A DNA stretch of 64,000 nucleotides from Myxococcota bacterium (GTDB lineage: Bacteria > Myxococcota_A > UBA9160 > UBA6930), in NCBI GenBank assembly GCA_965223705.1, contig OZ245015.1, positions 2,592,001-2,656,000 on the forward strand, written 5' to 3'. Of the stretch, positions 25,870 through 34,969 are shown in pieces. The position numbers and the translations under genes are program-made. Below the pieces are notes generated by a model. It did no database searches and had not been told where the DNA came from. It worked only from the letters and a program-made list of their open reading frames with translations. The first letter of the stretch is position 1, and the number at the start of each line of letters is the position of its first letter.

Positions 25870-28800
25870 CTAGTTGGGCAGTTCGCGCCAGAGCGCTTGA
25901 CCGGAAATCTTCGGCTTCGTGAACTTGAATTTCGTTTCGTGCCGGATCAACACATTCGCGTCGTCACCGATCGAGATCTTCGGGTCGACCGGCGGCTTGC
26001 CGTCGATCTTCTGTCGGGTCTCGGTCGTGCTCCCGTTCGAATAACCTTCGCCGCAGTGGACCTTGAAGGTATAGAGCCATGCCTCGCCTCCCGCCTCGCA
26101 GGGTGACGCCGGCGGTGTCGGCAAGTAGGACAACACCAAGACGTAGTACGCGAAGATCTCGCTCTGGGTAATCCACTTCTCCCCTTCCCGTCCCCGGAAG
26201 TAGAAACCGCGGTAGTTCGAGAGATCCATACACGTGACGTCGTCGGTGTGGTCGACGAGGTCGACCTCCCCGAGTGTCGGGTACGGCGTCGGCAAGGGAA
26301 CCGTGAACCGGCGCTTCTCGAACGGGTCGAGATCCGTCATCGAGTAGAAGCGATTGTTCTCGTCCTGGGTGCTGGAGAACCCAGCGAACGGGAGGTTCGA
26401 GCGTTCGCCACTGCCGAACGCGAGCCACAACGTGCCGCTCTTGATCGTTCCGCTCGGGGCGTGGTAGAAGCTCTTGTAGTAGAAGTTCGTCCCCGAGTCG
26501 TAGACCGGCGCCGAGAAGAACTTCTTGAAGTGCCAGTTTGCGTCCTGATCCTCGTCACCGACGCTCCCGTTCACGATATCATCGGCGATCTCCTTGATCA
26601 CCCACTTCCAGACGTTTCCGCCGAGGTCTCCGATGTAGATCAGGTCGGCGTAGCCGTCGAAGTCGGTGTCATAGACGGCCGGCCGCGACGGGATGGCATA
26701 GAGCATGTCCTGCTCTTCCTGAGACGCGCTGGTCGAGGGATCGAACTTCTTGCGCGCGAGGATCTCTCCGGATCGCAAGTCGAGCACCACGATCGATCGG
26801 CCGCCGAGATGCGCCGGATCGTAGGTCGCGTGGGAGTTCGGATCGCTCTTCTCGTCGTAGCCGCCCCCGATGATCGCGACCCAGCGCTCGTAACCTTCTC
26901 CGTTGTTGTCGTCGCTATTCACGCGAACGCGGATCTTCGTGATGATCGGCTCGGACCAACTCTCGCCCTGGTAGTCGGCGATTGAGGCCGGCGCGTCTTC
27001 CCGCGGCCATTCCCAGAGGTAGCCCGGGTAGGACGACGACGACGGATCGGTGACATCCATGGCGTAGTAGGACCGTCCGCCTTGGCGCAGGCCACCCACC
27101 ATCATGGTCATCCACTCGTTGCTCGACTTCGTGACCTGCCGCCCGTCCACGGCGGAAGGCAGCCACACGTCGGCGATGCTGGGCGTGCCGTCGACGAAGT
27201 AGAAGTCCCGCGCGTTGTCGTCCGTCGGCAGCTCACGCACGTTCTGGCGCGCGCCGTAGGGCATGAACCCGAACAGCTCGACGCCGGTGCCCACGGTGTA
27301 ACGCGGCGGGTTCAGGTTCGTGTCGAGGTAGCCCCCTTCGAAGAACCGCAAGAAGCCGTCGTTCGAGCCCGCCACCACGATGCGGTCGCGGTCGCTGAAG
27401 TTGGAGGCGAACTGCTTGTACGACAACTCGTTCTGGAAGCCCCGCGGTGCCGGAATGACGACCGGAGCGGAGTGGAAGATGTCGCCCAACAAGTGGTTGC
27501 GCGGAATACATGCAACTCCGTTCGCGCCGGTTCCGAAGCGGCAGCCTCGTACGTTGGCGACGATTTCGCCGGTCAGTTCGTCCGCCGTCGTCGCGACACT
27601 GCCCGCCGGAGTGACCGGGGGCGGGAACGTCACGCCGAGATGCGCCGCCGTCACCTCGTTCGCCGGGCTGCTCGTCAGGAGCTGATGTTTGAAGGGCCGC
27701 ATCGTCGAGGTACCGGTCCCCGTGAGAACCGAGGTATGGAGATTGCGGCTCGCCGGCGCCGGGACGTTGTCCGCCGCTTCCCAGAACGGGATCGCACTGC
27801 CGAGGAACTCGCCGCTGTTGCACTCGCCCGGATCGGGATCGTCGAGCGCACAGATGTCGCCCTGCCCGAGGATGTCGCCGTTCGCGAGCATCTTCCACGC
27901 CCGGAGGCTGCCCGTCCAGTAGCCCGAGTCGCGCTCGGGAATAAACGAACTCGTGTAGAACATGCCGCCATCGGCCGTCCGGGTCGCCGGAACTGCCGAG
28001 GCCGTAAAGGTGTGCGACTTGCGGATGATGTCCGTCAAGATCGAGACGATGTCCTGGGCCAGATCTTCAGCGCTCGTGCTGTAGTAGAACTGTCCACCGC
28101 CGACCTGGGCCGTTTTCTGCAGCACGGAATTCGCGTCGGGAGACGTGCTGAAGCCCACGGTGTAGACATCGATGGTCTGGTCGTCCGTCATGTCTGGCCG
28201 GAAATCGTTCCGGTTCATGAACATCGCGACGTCGTCGAGGTAGCGGCTGCCGTCGCCGCCCCACGGCACGGTGAGCTCGTTCTCACCGTCGGGGTTGTAG
28301 TCACCGATCAGGTTCATGAAGTTGGCAAAGCCCTGCTCTTCGCTGCTGCCATCGCCGGTAAAGAGATCCTTGGTGGGCTCGCCGTCGGTGATGATCAGGA
28401 CGAAATTCTTCTGGCATTCCCACTGCACCGGACTCTCGGGGACGGTCGGAGCCCCCGAGCTGCTGAACGGGCCGCCGTCTCCCGCGGTCCGGGAGGTAGT
28501 GTAGGAGTATTTCGGAAACTGCGTCGCGGGAAGGTTGGCGCCCAGCGGAATATCCGAGGTGTTCCGGCTCATGAAATACGTGTAGACCTGGAAGAGCGAC
28601 TCGGCGAGGGGCGTCCAGGATTCTCCGGTGAGCTCATCGATCGCGTCGTCAATGTGATCGCCGTGCGACTGCGTGTTGCCGTTTAGGGTGTAGACGTTCG
28701 GGTTCTGGCTCGCGTCGAGAAAGTCGTCCGCCGGCACGCGAACGTAGCCGCCGTCCGTGTGGGAGCCGGCCCCGGGGCGTCGGAACTGCGCCATGCCGAA

Positions 28801-29319
28801 GCGCACTGCGCCGGCGGCGTTCACTTGGCAGACCACCTCGCGCAGCACGTCTTTAGCCGCGGTGACGCGCGCGCGTCGGTACTTCGAGTAGGTGCCGCCG
28901 CCGATGCAGCTCGAGTAAGTCCCGTTGCTCGCGGCTTGAATGTCCGCGTTGTACGCGTTCGACTCGGGGCTGAACAGCCAGTTCAAGTAACGACCCGAGA
29001 AGCGCACCCAGCCGCCCGCAACGTTCGGATCGATGTAGACCGTCAAGGTCTTTCCACACTGCGTCGTCGTGAAGTTCCCGCTCGCCCAGTACGTGCTGCC
29101 ATTGCTGTAGGCGCCGCAAGTCGGTGTGGCGGAGTCGTCGTACGCCGGATGCCACACCATGTGCGTCATCGATCCCGAGTTGTCGACCAGGAGCATCACA
29201 TTGGGCGGAACCAGTGTGGAGAACAGCGCGGTGTCGTCGGCTTGCGCCCAACTCTGCTCGGAGCCCGCCAAGAGAGCGAGCCCAGCCAGTAGAACGAGTG
29301 CCTTGAATCGATTTCGCAT
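25870..29319 (-). CDS. pilY1: PilY1 pilus tip adhesin (vWA + beta-propeller)
   Basis: Signal peptide; MIDAS DNSGSM, ITDGEP; LGDIFHSAP, GSNDG, FVDG; Ca-loop DTDFDGYAD; C-terminal WRE. Confidence 0.93.
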   Translation of the reverse strand: MRNRFKALVLLAGLALLAGSEQSWAQADDTALFSTLVPPNVMLLVDNSGSMTHMVWHPAYDDSATPTCGAYSNGSTYWASGNFTTTQCGKTLTVYIDPNVAGGWVRFSGRYLNWLFSPESNAYNADIQAASNGTYSSCIGGGTYSKYRRARVTAAKDVLREVVCQVNAAGAVRFGMAQFRRPGAGSHTDGGYVRVPADDFLDASQNPNVYTLNGNTQSHGDHIDDAIDELTGESWTPLAESLFQVYTYFMSRNTSDIPLGANLPATQFPKYSYTTSRTAGDGGPFSSSGAPTVPESPVQWECQKNFVLIITDGEPTKDLFTGDGSSEEQGFANFMNLIGDYNPDGENELTVPWGGDGSRYLDDVAMFMNRNDFRPDMTDDQTIDVYTVGFSTSPDANSVLQKTAQVGGGQFYYSTSAEDLAQDIVSILTDIIRKSHTFTASAVPATRTADGGMFYTSSFIPERDSGYWTGSLRAWKMLANGDILGQGDICALDDPDPGECNSGEFLGSAIPFWEAADNVPAPASRNLHTSVLTGTGTSTMRPFKHQLLTSSPANEVTAAHLGVTFPPPVTPAGSVATTADELTGEIVANVRGCRFGTGANGVACIPRNHLLGDIFHSAPVVIPAPRGFQNELSYKQFASNFSDRDRIVVAGSNDGFLRFFEGGYLDTNLNPPRYTVGTGVELFGFMPYGARQNVRELPTDDNARDFYFVDGTPSIADVWLPSAVDGRQVTKSSNEWMTMMVGGLRQGGRSYYAMDVTDPSSSSYPGYLWEWPREDAPASIADYQGESWSEPIITKIRVRVNSDDNNGEGYERWVAIIGGGYDEKSDPNSHATYDPAHLGGRSIVVLDLRSGEILARKKFDPSTSASQEEQDMLYAIPSRPAVYDTDFDGYADLIYIGDLGGNVWKWVIKEIADDIVNGSVGDEDQDANWHFKKFFSAPVYDSGTNFYYKSFYHAPSGTIKSGTLWLAFGSGERSNLPFAGFSSTQDENNRFYSMTDLDPFEKRRFTVPLPTPYPTLGEVDLVDHTDDVTCMDLSNYRGFYFRGREGEKWITQSEIFAYYVLVLSYLPTPPASPCEAGGEAWLYTFKVHCGEGYSNGSTTETRQKIDGKPPVDPKISIGDDANVLIRHETKFKFTKPKISGQALWRELPN

Positions 29320-29355
29320 GAGTCTTCCCTTCCGACTAGCGGTGCCCGGGTAGTG

Positions 29356-29372
29356 AGCAAACGGCATGCCAG
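29356..29372 (-). promoter_or_regulatory. Sigma54 (-24/-12) promoter of pilY1
   Basis: CTGGCAT-GCCGT-TTGCT matches TGGCAC-N5-TTGC consensus, ~37 nt before ATG. Confidence 0.85.
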
Positions 29373-29473
29373 CCGTGTGGATTTCGCAACGCCTTGTTTT
29401 TCAAAGGTTTTTCACCGATGCGCAACCCGGTCTCGCTATGCAAACGGCTTCGCCCCGCATTTTTCTTCGCGGC

Positions 29474-30535
29474 TCAGCGCGCATCCGACGGACTCGCGGG
29501 GGTCGGTTCCTCTTCGTATTCCTCCGACACTTCGAGGTGGAACCGCATGGCCGTGCTCTCGCCGTGCGGGTCGGTCACCCGGATCTCCACGGGGTGTCGC
29601 CCGACTTCCGCGCCCCCGGGCCGCCAGTGGAGCGTTCCCAGCACCGGATCCATCACCATTCCGTCGGGCCCTTCGACGAGCTCCCAACGAAGCCGACGAT
29701 CGCCGTCGGGATCTTTCGCTTCGAACTCGTAGGTGAAAAGATCGCCGGCTTGTTTGGGCTGGGGCACGCCGCGCGTGACGAACTGCGGCGGCGAATTCAC
29801 CAGGGTGAGCGTTTCGCTGCGTCGGGCTTTGCCGGAGACACGACCGTCACTCGGTGTGACCTCGACTTCGATCCGATCATTGCGGCGCAGGCCGTTCGTC
29901 GAGAACTTGCGCTTGGTACCGCGCTCGTTTCCGTTGACGAACCACCGATACGTCAGCTTGATAGCGTCCCCATCGGCGTCCTCCGCATCGACGATCGCCT
30001 CGACAACCTCGTTCGGTCGCACGATTCCGGCGGGACCGGCGACGACGCTGCGGACCTCGGGAGGCGTGTTGCCGAGCGTGATACGAGCGGTCGCCGGCTC
30101 GCTCGTCAGGCTTCCGTCGAAGGCCTTCGCGATCACCTCGAGTACGTCGCCGCGACGCAGACCATCGGTCTGAAACGTCGAGCCCGTCTGGTCTTCGACG
30201 CGTCGTCCATTCACGGACCATTCGAAAAGAACCCGAGGACTTCCCCCGTTGGGGTCGCTGGCCTCCACCTGTGCGCGGGCGACCTGGCCGGGTCGCAAAG
30301 GCTTCGGCTGGAGCTCGAGTCGGTCGACCTTCGGCGGCTGGTTGAGCCCCGGCTCTTCTGTATTCGCCGGCGCTTCGTTGAGCGGAGGACCCGAAGACTG
30401 CGGTTGCTGCTTGTCCGATCCGCAAGCCCACGCGAGCGTCATCGCGCAGATGAGGCTGATCGCCCGAACTGTCGCCTCGAAATTGCGATCGGCCGCGCCG
30501 GCGATCACGCCACACGCGCGTCGATGGTTGCGCAT
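29474..30535 (-). CDS. Lipoprotein with tandem Ig-like/cadherin-like domains
   Basis: Lipobox-like LAWAC; three N[QTS]PP-initiated repeats with DP[ND]G / DADGD motifs and Y/F.W.VNG. Confidence 0.75.
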   Translation of the reverse strand: MRNHRRACGVIAGAADRNFEATVRAISLICAMTLAWACGSDKQQPQSSGPPLNEAPANTEEPGLNQPPKVDRLELQPKPLRPGQVARAQVEASDPNGGSPRVLFEWSVNGRRVEDQTGSTFQTDGLRRGDVLEVIAKAFDGSLTSEPATARITLGNTPPEVRSVVAGPAGIVRPNEVVEAIVDAEDADGDAIKLTYRWFVNGNERGTKRKFSTNGLRRNDRIEVEVTPSDGRVSGKARRSETLTLVNSPPQFVTRGVPQPKQAGDLFTYEFEAKDPDGDRRLRWELVEGPDGMVMDPVLGTLHWRPGGAEVGRHPVEIRVTDPHGESTAMRFHLEVSEEYEEEPTPASPSDAR

Positions 30536-30565
30536 TGTCCCCCCTGTCCGCGCCTTTGCGCTCGC

Positions 30566-31090
30566 TCAGTACCCCTTGCCGAGGATCCGAGCCTCCATCA
30601 CTTCGAGTCGTGCCTGAGAGCCGTTCGGGCTCTGCCCGGTCACGTTGATCTTCCAGAGCGTTTCGACGAGCTTCTGACCGCCTTCGCGCATGTCCGTGCC
30701 CGGCGCGATCTTGCCCTCTTTCTCGTACTTGACCGGGTTGGCCTCTGTCGGGTCGCCGTAGAACTGAGGCTGCGCCTGCTCCACGTTGTAGAGGGCGAGA
30801 TCTCCCAGCAAGGTCGGCGCACCTTGGGTCGGAAACGGAGGCGTATCGGTTCGCTCATCGACGACGTTGTTGTCACCCACGAAGCTTCGCCCGAGGTTGA
30901 GACCCGACTGCGCGGCGTAGAGTGCCGTCCGCGACTGGTTCTGGAAGCCGGCGACCTCGCCGTCTTTTGACACCGAGTCCATCGCGGCAATGCCCATGAA
31001 GCCCATCAACACGAGCACGCCCACGGCGATAAACAGCGCCGAACCGCGTTCTCTGCGTTGTCGGCGCGCGGTTTGAAGCGTTGCGATCAC
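30566..31090 (-). CDS. pilX: Minor pilin PilX-like
   Basis: Class III signal RERG/SALFI without Glu5; ALYAAQSGL; W.INVTG. Confidence 0.85.
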   Translation of the reverse strand: MIATLQTARRQRRERGSALFIAVGVLVLMGFMGIAAMDSVSKDGEVAGFQNQSRTALYAAQSGLNLGRSFVGDNNVVDERTDTPPFPTQGAPTLLGDLALYNVEQAQPQFYGDPTEANPVKYEKEGKIAPGTDMREGGQKLVETLWKINVTGQSPNGSQARLEVMEARILGKGY

Positions 31091-32148
31091 AATCGACCTC
31101 CCACGTTGCGCGGTCGAACTGCCGCGGTGTGCACCCTTCGGCGCAAACCATCGGTGCCGGGCACCAATTGACGGTTCTCCGTCTCGATGAACTCCCCCTG
31201 CCCGCTCATCTGGAAGTCTCGATCGTTCGCGCGCGTGGCGACCACGATGTTGACGCGAATCTCGTTCAGCTCCGTGTTGTCCCACAGGCTCGAGTTGTAG
31301 ACCGGATCATTGATCGTTCCGGGGATCTCGCCCGCGTCCACGATGCCGTCGTCGTTCAAGTCGTAGTACGCGGAGAACTGAAGATCGCTCACGCTACTCG
31401 CGAGCACTTGGTTGTCTCGCAGCAACCGTCCGTTGGCGTCGACCGTGTACCAATGCGCGGGAACGGCGATGAGTCGCTCGACGTTCATGCCGGGGAGGAC
31501 GGGTGCCAGCGCCGTGGTCGGGTTGCCTCCAGCGCCGGCGTTGCCTTGGAGGCTGAAATCCACCGTCAGCGTTTCTGCGCCGATATTGACGTTCGTGATG
31601 ATCCCGCAAGCGGCGCCGCGATCGGGGTTTGCGGCGTCGACCACGATCACGCCGCCCTGAATGCCATTCGCACCACCGCTCTGGCGAAAGTCGGAGTCTG
31701 GATTGCCGTCGCCGTTCAGGTCGTAGAACAGGTCGTCATCTGCGGCGTGCAGCTGAGAGCCCGGGCCGCTGTTCAGATCGAGCGTGTCGTTGCCCAGGCC
31801 GTCGAACCCGCTCTGGATATCTTGACCGAGGTCGTAGAGGTAGACGTTCGAAAAATCGAGCGCTTCGTAGTCCGTCACGAACAAGTAGTCGGACCCCGTC
31901 ACCTGATCGAGACCGCAGAGCGCTGCCGACTCCGGGACCATGGTCGCGGTCGAGCGCAGATCGCGCTCCAAGAGCTCGGCGATAGCGCGCAGGTTTTGCT
32001 GCGCCTCCGTGACCTGATCAACGACCTGATACGCCTTGCTCTGGCGCGTCATCATCTCCGTCAGGTAAATCGATATGACGCCCAGAATGGCCATCGCCAC
32101 CAGGACTTCGACGAGGGTGAACCCTTTGAGATTTTGCTTGTGCATCAT
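31087..32148 (-). CDS. pilW: Minor pilin PilW-like
   Basis: KG/FTLVEVLVAMAIL; QQNLR...LERDLR; C-terminal VRPRN. Confidence 0.85.
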   Translation of the reverse strand: MMHKQNLKGFTLVEVLVAMAILGVISIYLTEMMTRQSKAYQVVDQVTEAQQNLRAIAELLERDLRSTATMVPESAALCGLDQVTGSDYLFVTDYEALDFSNVYLYDLGQDIQSGFDGLGNDTLDLNSGPGSQLHAADDDLFYDLNGDGNPDSDFRQSGGANGIQGGVIVVDAANPDRGAACGIITNVNIGAETLTVDFSLQGNAGAGGNPTTALAPVLPGMNVERLIAVPAHWYTVDANGRLLRDNQVLASSVSDLQFSAYYDLNDDGIVDAGEIPGTINDPVYNSSLWDNTELNEIRVNIVVATRANDRDFQMSGQGEFIETENRQLVPGTDGLRRRVHTAAVRPRNVGGRL

Positions 32149-32663
32149 GAGTCGTCGTACCGGGACGAGCTGATGGCGAACCGTCGAGGGGGTGCCCCTG
32201 CGTCGTCGTTGTGTTCGCGCCAAGTGACACGTACATCGATATTCCGGAGATCGGGTCGGGCCGGATTGGTCGTGAGCCGCCAGTCGACCGTGTAGACCTC
32301 GTCCGTAAAATTTTGACCGGCGGCGTTGAGCGTGATGTTGTCCGTAACGACGTTCGCGCCGATGACCCATCCACCGGTGTCGGCGAACTGCGGATCGTCG
32401 TACGGAAAGCGGTGAAAGACCTCGACCTGATCCCGTGCGATGCGCGCCGCCCGTGTGTAATGGCGGCCGACGGTCCCCCCGCGCATGGCGTGGATCTGCA
32501 TCGCCAACATCGCGAGCATCCCGAACGTCAAGACGACCATCGCCACCATCAGCTCGATGATGGTGAGTCCCGCCTGTCGCCGGCTCGCTGTCCGGCGAAA
32601 CGGTGAGACGCGCCGGCGGAGCCGCCTCGCGTACGCCGCTGTGTGTTGCCCTAGTTGGTCCAT
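32145..32663 (-). CDS. pilV: Minor pilin PilV-like
   Basis: AG/LTIIELMVAMVVL..G.LA; IDVRVTW. Confidence 0.85.
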   Translation of the reverse strand: MDQLGQHTAAYARRLRRRVSPFRRTASRRQAGLTIIELMVAMVVLTFGMLAMLAMQIHAMRGGTVGRHYTRAARIARDQVEVFHRFPYDDPQFADTGGWVIGANVVTDNITLNAAGQNFTDEVYTVDWRLTTNPARPDLRNIDVRVTWREHNDDAGAPPRRFAISSSRYDDS

Positions 32664-33334
32664 ATACCCGCCGTCTGTTCCCAGCCGTGGATCTTCACGG
32701 CACCGAGCGGCGTCAACACGACGCCGTAACCGCGGCTGCCTCCGCCGGCCGCGTTGTTCAGATAGATTCCGCCGCCTCCGGAGCCCGTCGGGCCCAAGTT
32801 GCAGGCGTTGTCCGACGTGACGGGCGTGCCATCGGGCCGAAAGACCACCCAGTTTCTCGCGGTCCCGCCCGTATCCTGAAAGCTCAGTCCTGAAGCCCCG
32901 TGAGGAGCCAATCCGGAGTCATCCGGTGCGACCGGCGCCCCGCCGAGGACGCCCCAGTTGATTCCTTGAACCGGGTCGATGATTTCGGTCATCACGAGTT
33001 CGCCCGCGTCGACGCAACAATCGCCGTCTTGATCGTCGACGACCTGGACCGGGCGAACGAAGCCCGAGACCGGCTCAACGGGGAGCCCGATCCCGCAGGC
33101 GTCTTGTGCTGTCAGCGTTCCGAAGAACACGATCTGGTTGCGCCGCAACCGGATCGCGCGCTGGCGGGCCACGTGCAACACGCCGGCAGTCTCACGAGCG
33201 ACGGTCTTCAACCGCGTGTTGTTTCGAATCTCCCGAAACTGCGGCACGGCCATAGCGGAAGCGATCGCCAAGATCGCGATCACGACCAGCATTTCGATCA
33301 CCGAGAAACCTGCACTTCGATTGCGTTTGTCCAT
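32651..33334 (-). CDS. fimU: Minor pilin FimU/FimT (GspH-like)
   Basis: AG/FSVIEMLVVIAIL....AVP; ARQRAI; VVFRPDG. Confidence 0.85.
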   Translation of the reverse strand: MDKRNRSAGFSVIEMLVVIAILAIASAMAVPQFREIRNNTRLKTVARETAGVLHVARQRAIRLRRNQIVFFGTLTAQDACGIGLPVEPVSGFVRPVQVVDDQDGDCCVDAGELVMTEIIDPVQGINWGVLGGAPVAPDDSGLAPHGASGLSFQDTGGTARNWVVFRPDGTPVTSDNACNLGPTGSGGGGIYLNNAAGGGSRGYGVVLTPLGAVKIHGWEQTAGIWTN

Positions 33335-33360
33335 TCCGCCTCGCAGCCGGAGCTTCCTTG

Positions 33361-33377
33361 AGCAAGCCCCATGCCAG
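33361..33377 (-). promoter_or_regulatory. Sigma54 (-24/-12) promoter of the minor pilin operon
   Basis: CTGGCAT-GGGGC-TTGCT, ~27 nt before fimU ATG. Confidence 0.85.
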
Positions 33378-33383
33378 GCGTAG

Positions 33384-33411
33384 AAATCGGTATCGCTGGG
33401 TGTTCGCTTGA
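33384..33411 (-). promoter_or_regulatory. Sigma28-like promoter upstream of fimU
   Basis: TCAA-N16-ACCGATTT on minus strand, immediately upstream of the sigma54 site. Confidence 0.5.
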
Positions 33412-33414
33412 GTT

Positions 33415-34962
33415 TCAGGGCTTTTGCGCGCGAAGCGGTTCGCAGTCTTCTTCGCACTGCGAAGCGGTTTGCGCACTGCGCGCCGCGCCCACAGGCAACT
33501 CCGCCTCATGAGCCGGCAACACCAGCGCAAAACGCGTGCAAAAGTTTTCGGTACCCGCTTGCCACTGCAGCACGCCACCGAGCTCTTCGGCGAGTCGCGC
33601 GGCGTTTGCCAGACCCAATCCCGTGCCTTCTCCCGGAGGTTTCGTCGTGAAGAACGGGTCGAACAAACGATCCGCATCTTCGTCTCGCACCCCGGACCCG
33701 TTGTCATCGACGCAACACCGCACGGCGTTCGGCGGGCGCCCGGCGCGGAGGGCTTCCTCCGGCTGCTCCCCCTCTCGGGAATCGAGCACCCACGGTTCGA
33801 GGAGCACCCGGATCTTGGGATCGTGCGTCTCGAGGAGCGCGTCGCCGGCGTTGAGGAAGAGGTTGATCAGGATCTGACTCACCGAGCCGGTGTCCGCAAA
33901 GGCGAGCGGCACGGAGCCCTTCTCTTCCCGAGTCACTTCCACCCGCGAAAAGCGGGGCTGAGCCGTCACCAGCGCCACGGCCTCCTGGACGAGCAAATGC
34001 ATCGAGACGGGCTCGGGGACGGTTCTCGGCGGGCGCGAGAAGTCGAGAAGCTGACGGAGAATCCGACGCACCCGGTCGCCTTCGCGCGCGACGCGCTCCA
34101 AGTGTCCCCTGCCGTCCTCCGACAGTCCCGGGTCGCGGCCCGCCAGATCGACCAGGGCCAACATCGCGCCGATCGGATTACCGACCTCGTGGGCCACGCC
34201 GGCGGCGAGTCGGCCCACCGACGCCAACCGCTCGGCGCGGTCGAGCCCCGCTCGCGTACGCTTCAGCTCCGCGTTGGTCCTGCGCAGCTCGAGCAGCGCC
34301 TTTTCGGTGGCGTCGCTTCGCTCCGCAAGCGCCTCGGCCATTTCGTTCCACGCGGATCCCAATTCGGCAATCTCCCGGACACCGTCGATCGGTACCCGCG
34401 GACGGACCTCTCCGTCGGTGAGTTGTCGCACCGCGAAGACCAACTGTTCGAGGGGGCGCGCGACGCGACGGCGGACGAGGTAGACGCCCAACAACGTGAA
34501 GATCAGGACGTCCCCGACCAGCACCCAGAAGACGACTTGTGCGCCCGACCAACGCGTCTCGAGGGAATACGTCCGCGGGAGCCGACCGACAACGGCCCCT
34601 TCTTCGACCGGCGCCGCGAAGCGCACCTGGCCCCACAGACGGCCCGGTTGTAGGAGCACCTGCGCTTCTTCGAGGACGCGCTCGCCGAGCTCGCGACTGG
34701 CGGGGTCGATCCGACCGGCCGAAGCGTTCCGCGGTGCGACACCGTGGTTCGCGGTGACGGTCCACCACTCGGTGCCGGGGATGGCACTCTCGCCGATGGG
34801 TCGGGGATTTCGCGCCTCTTGAAGCAACACCCGGCCCAGAAGCTCGCGGGTCTGGGCTTCGTGGTGGGAAAAGAGGAGACCTGCGAGCACGACCCCGGAC
34901 AAGGCCATGACCACGGCGAGACTCACGACGAGTGCCGTCTGAATCCCGGCCGGTCGCCGCAT
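33415..34962 (-). CDS. HAMP-domain sensor histidine kinase (PilS2-like)
   Basis: 2 TM + HAMP; H-box AAGVAHEVGNP; N-box NLFLNA; DNGSG, FDPFFTTK, GTGLGL. Confidence 0.92.
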   Translation of the reverse strand: MRRPAGIQTALVVSLAVVMALSGVVLAGLLFSHHEAQTRELLGRVLLQEARNPRPIGESAIPGTEWWTVTANHGVAPRNASAGRIDPASRELGERVLEEAQVLLQPGRLWGQVRFAAPVEEGAVVGRLPRTYSLETRWSGAQVVFWVLVGDVLIFTLLGVYLVRRRVARPLEQLVFAVRQLTDGEVRPRVPIDGVREIAELGSAWNEMAEALAERSDATEKALLELRRTNAELKRTRAGLDRAERLASVGRLAAGVAHEVGNPIGAMLALVDLAGRDPGLSEDGRGHLERVAREGDRVRRILRQLLDFSRPPRTVPEPVSMHLLVQEAVALVTAQPRFSRVEVTREEKGSVPLAFADTGSVSQILINLFLNAGDALLETHDPKIRVLLEPWVLDSREGEQPEEALRAGRPPNAVRCCVDDNGSGVRDEDADRLFDPFFTTKPPGEGTGLGLANAARLAEELGGVLQWQAGTENFCTRFALVLPAHEAELPVGAARSAQTASQCEEDCEPLRAQKP

Positions 34963-34969
34963 CTTGAAG

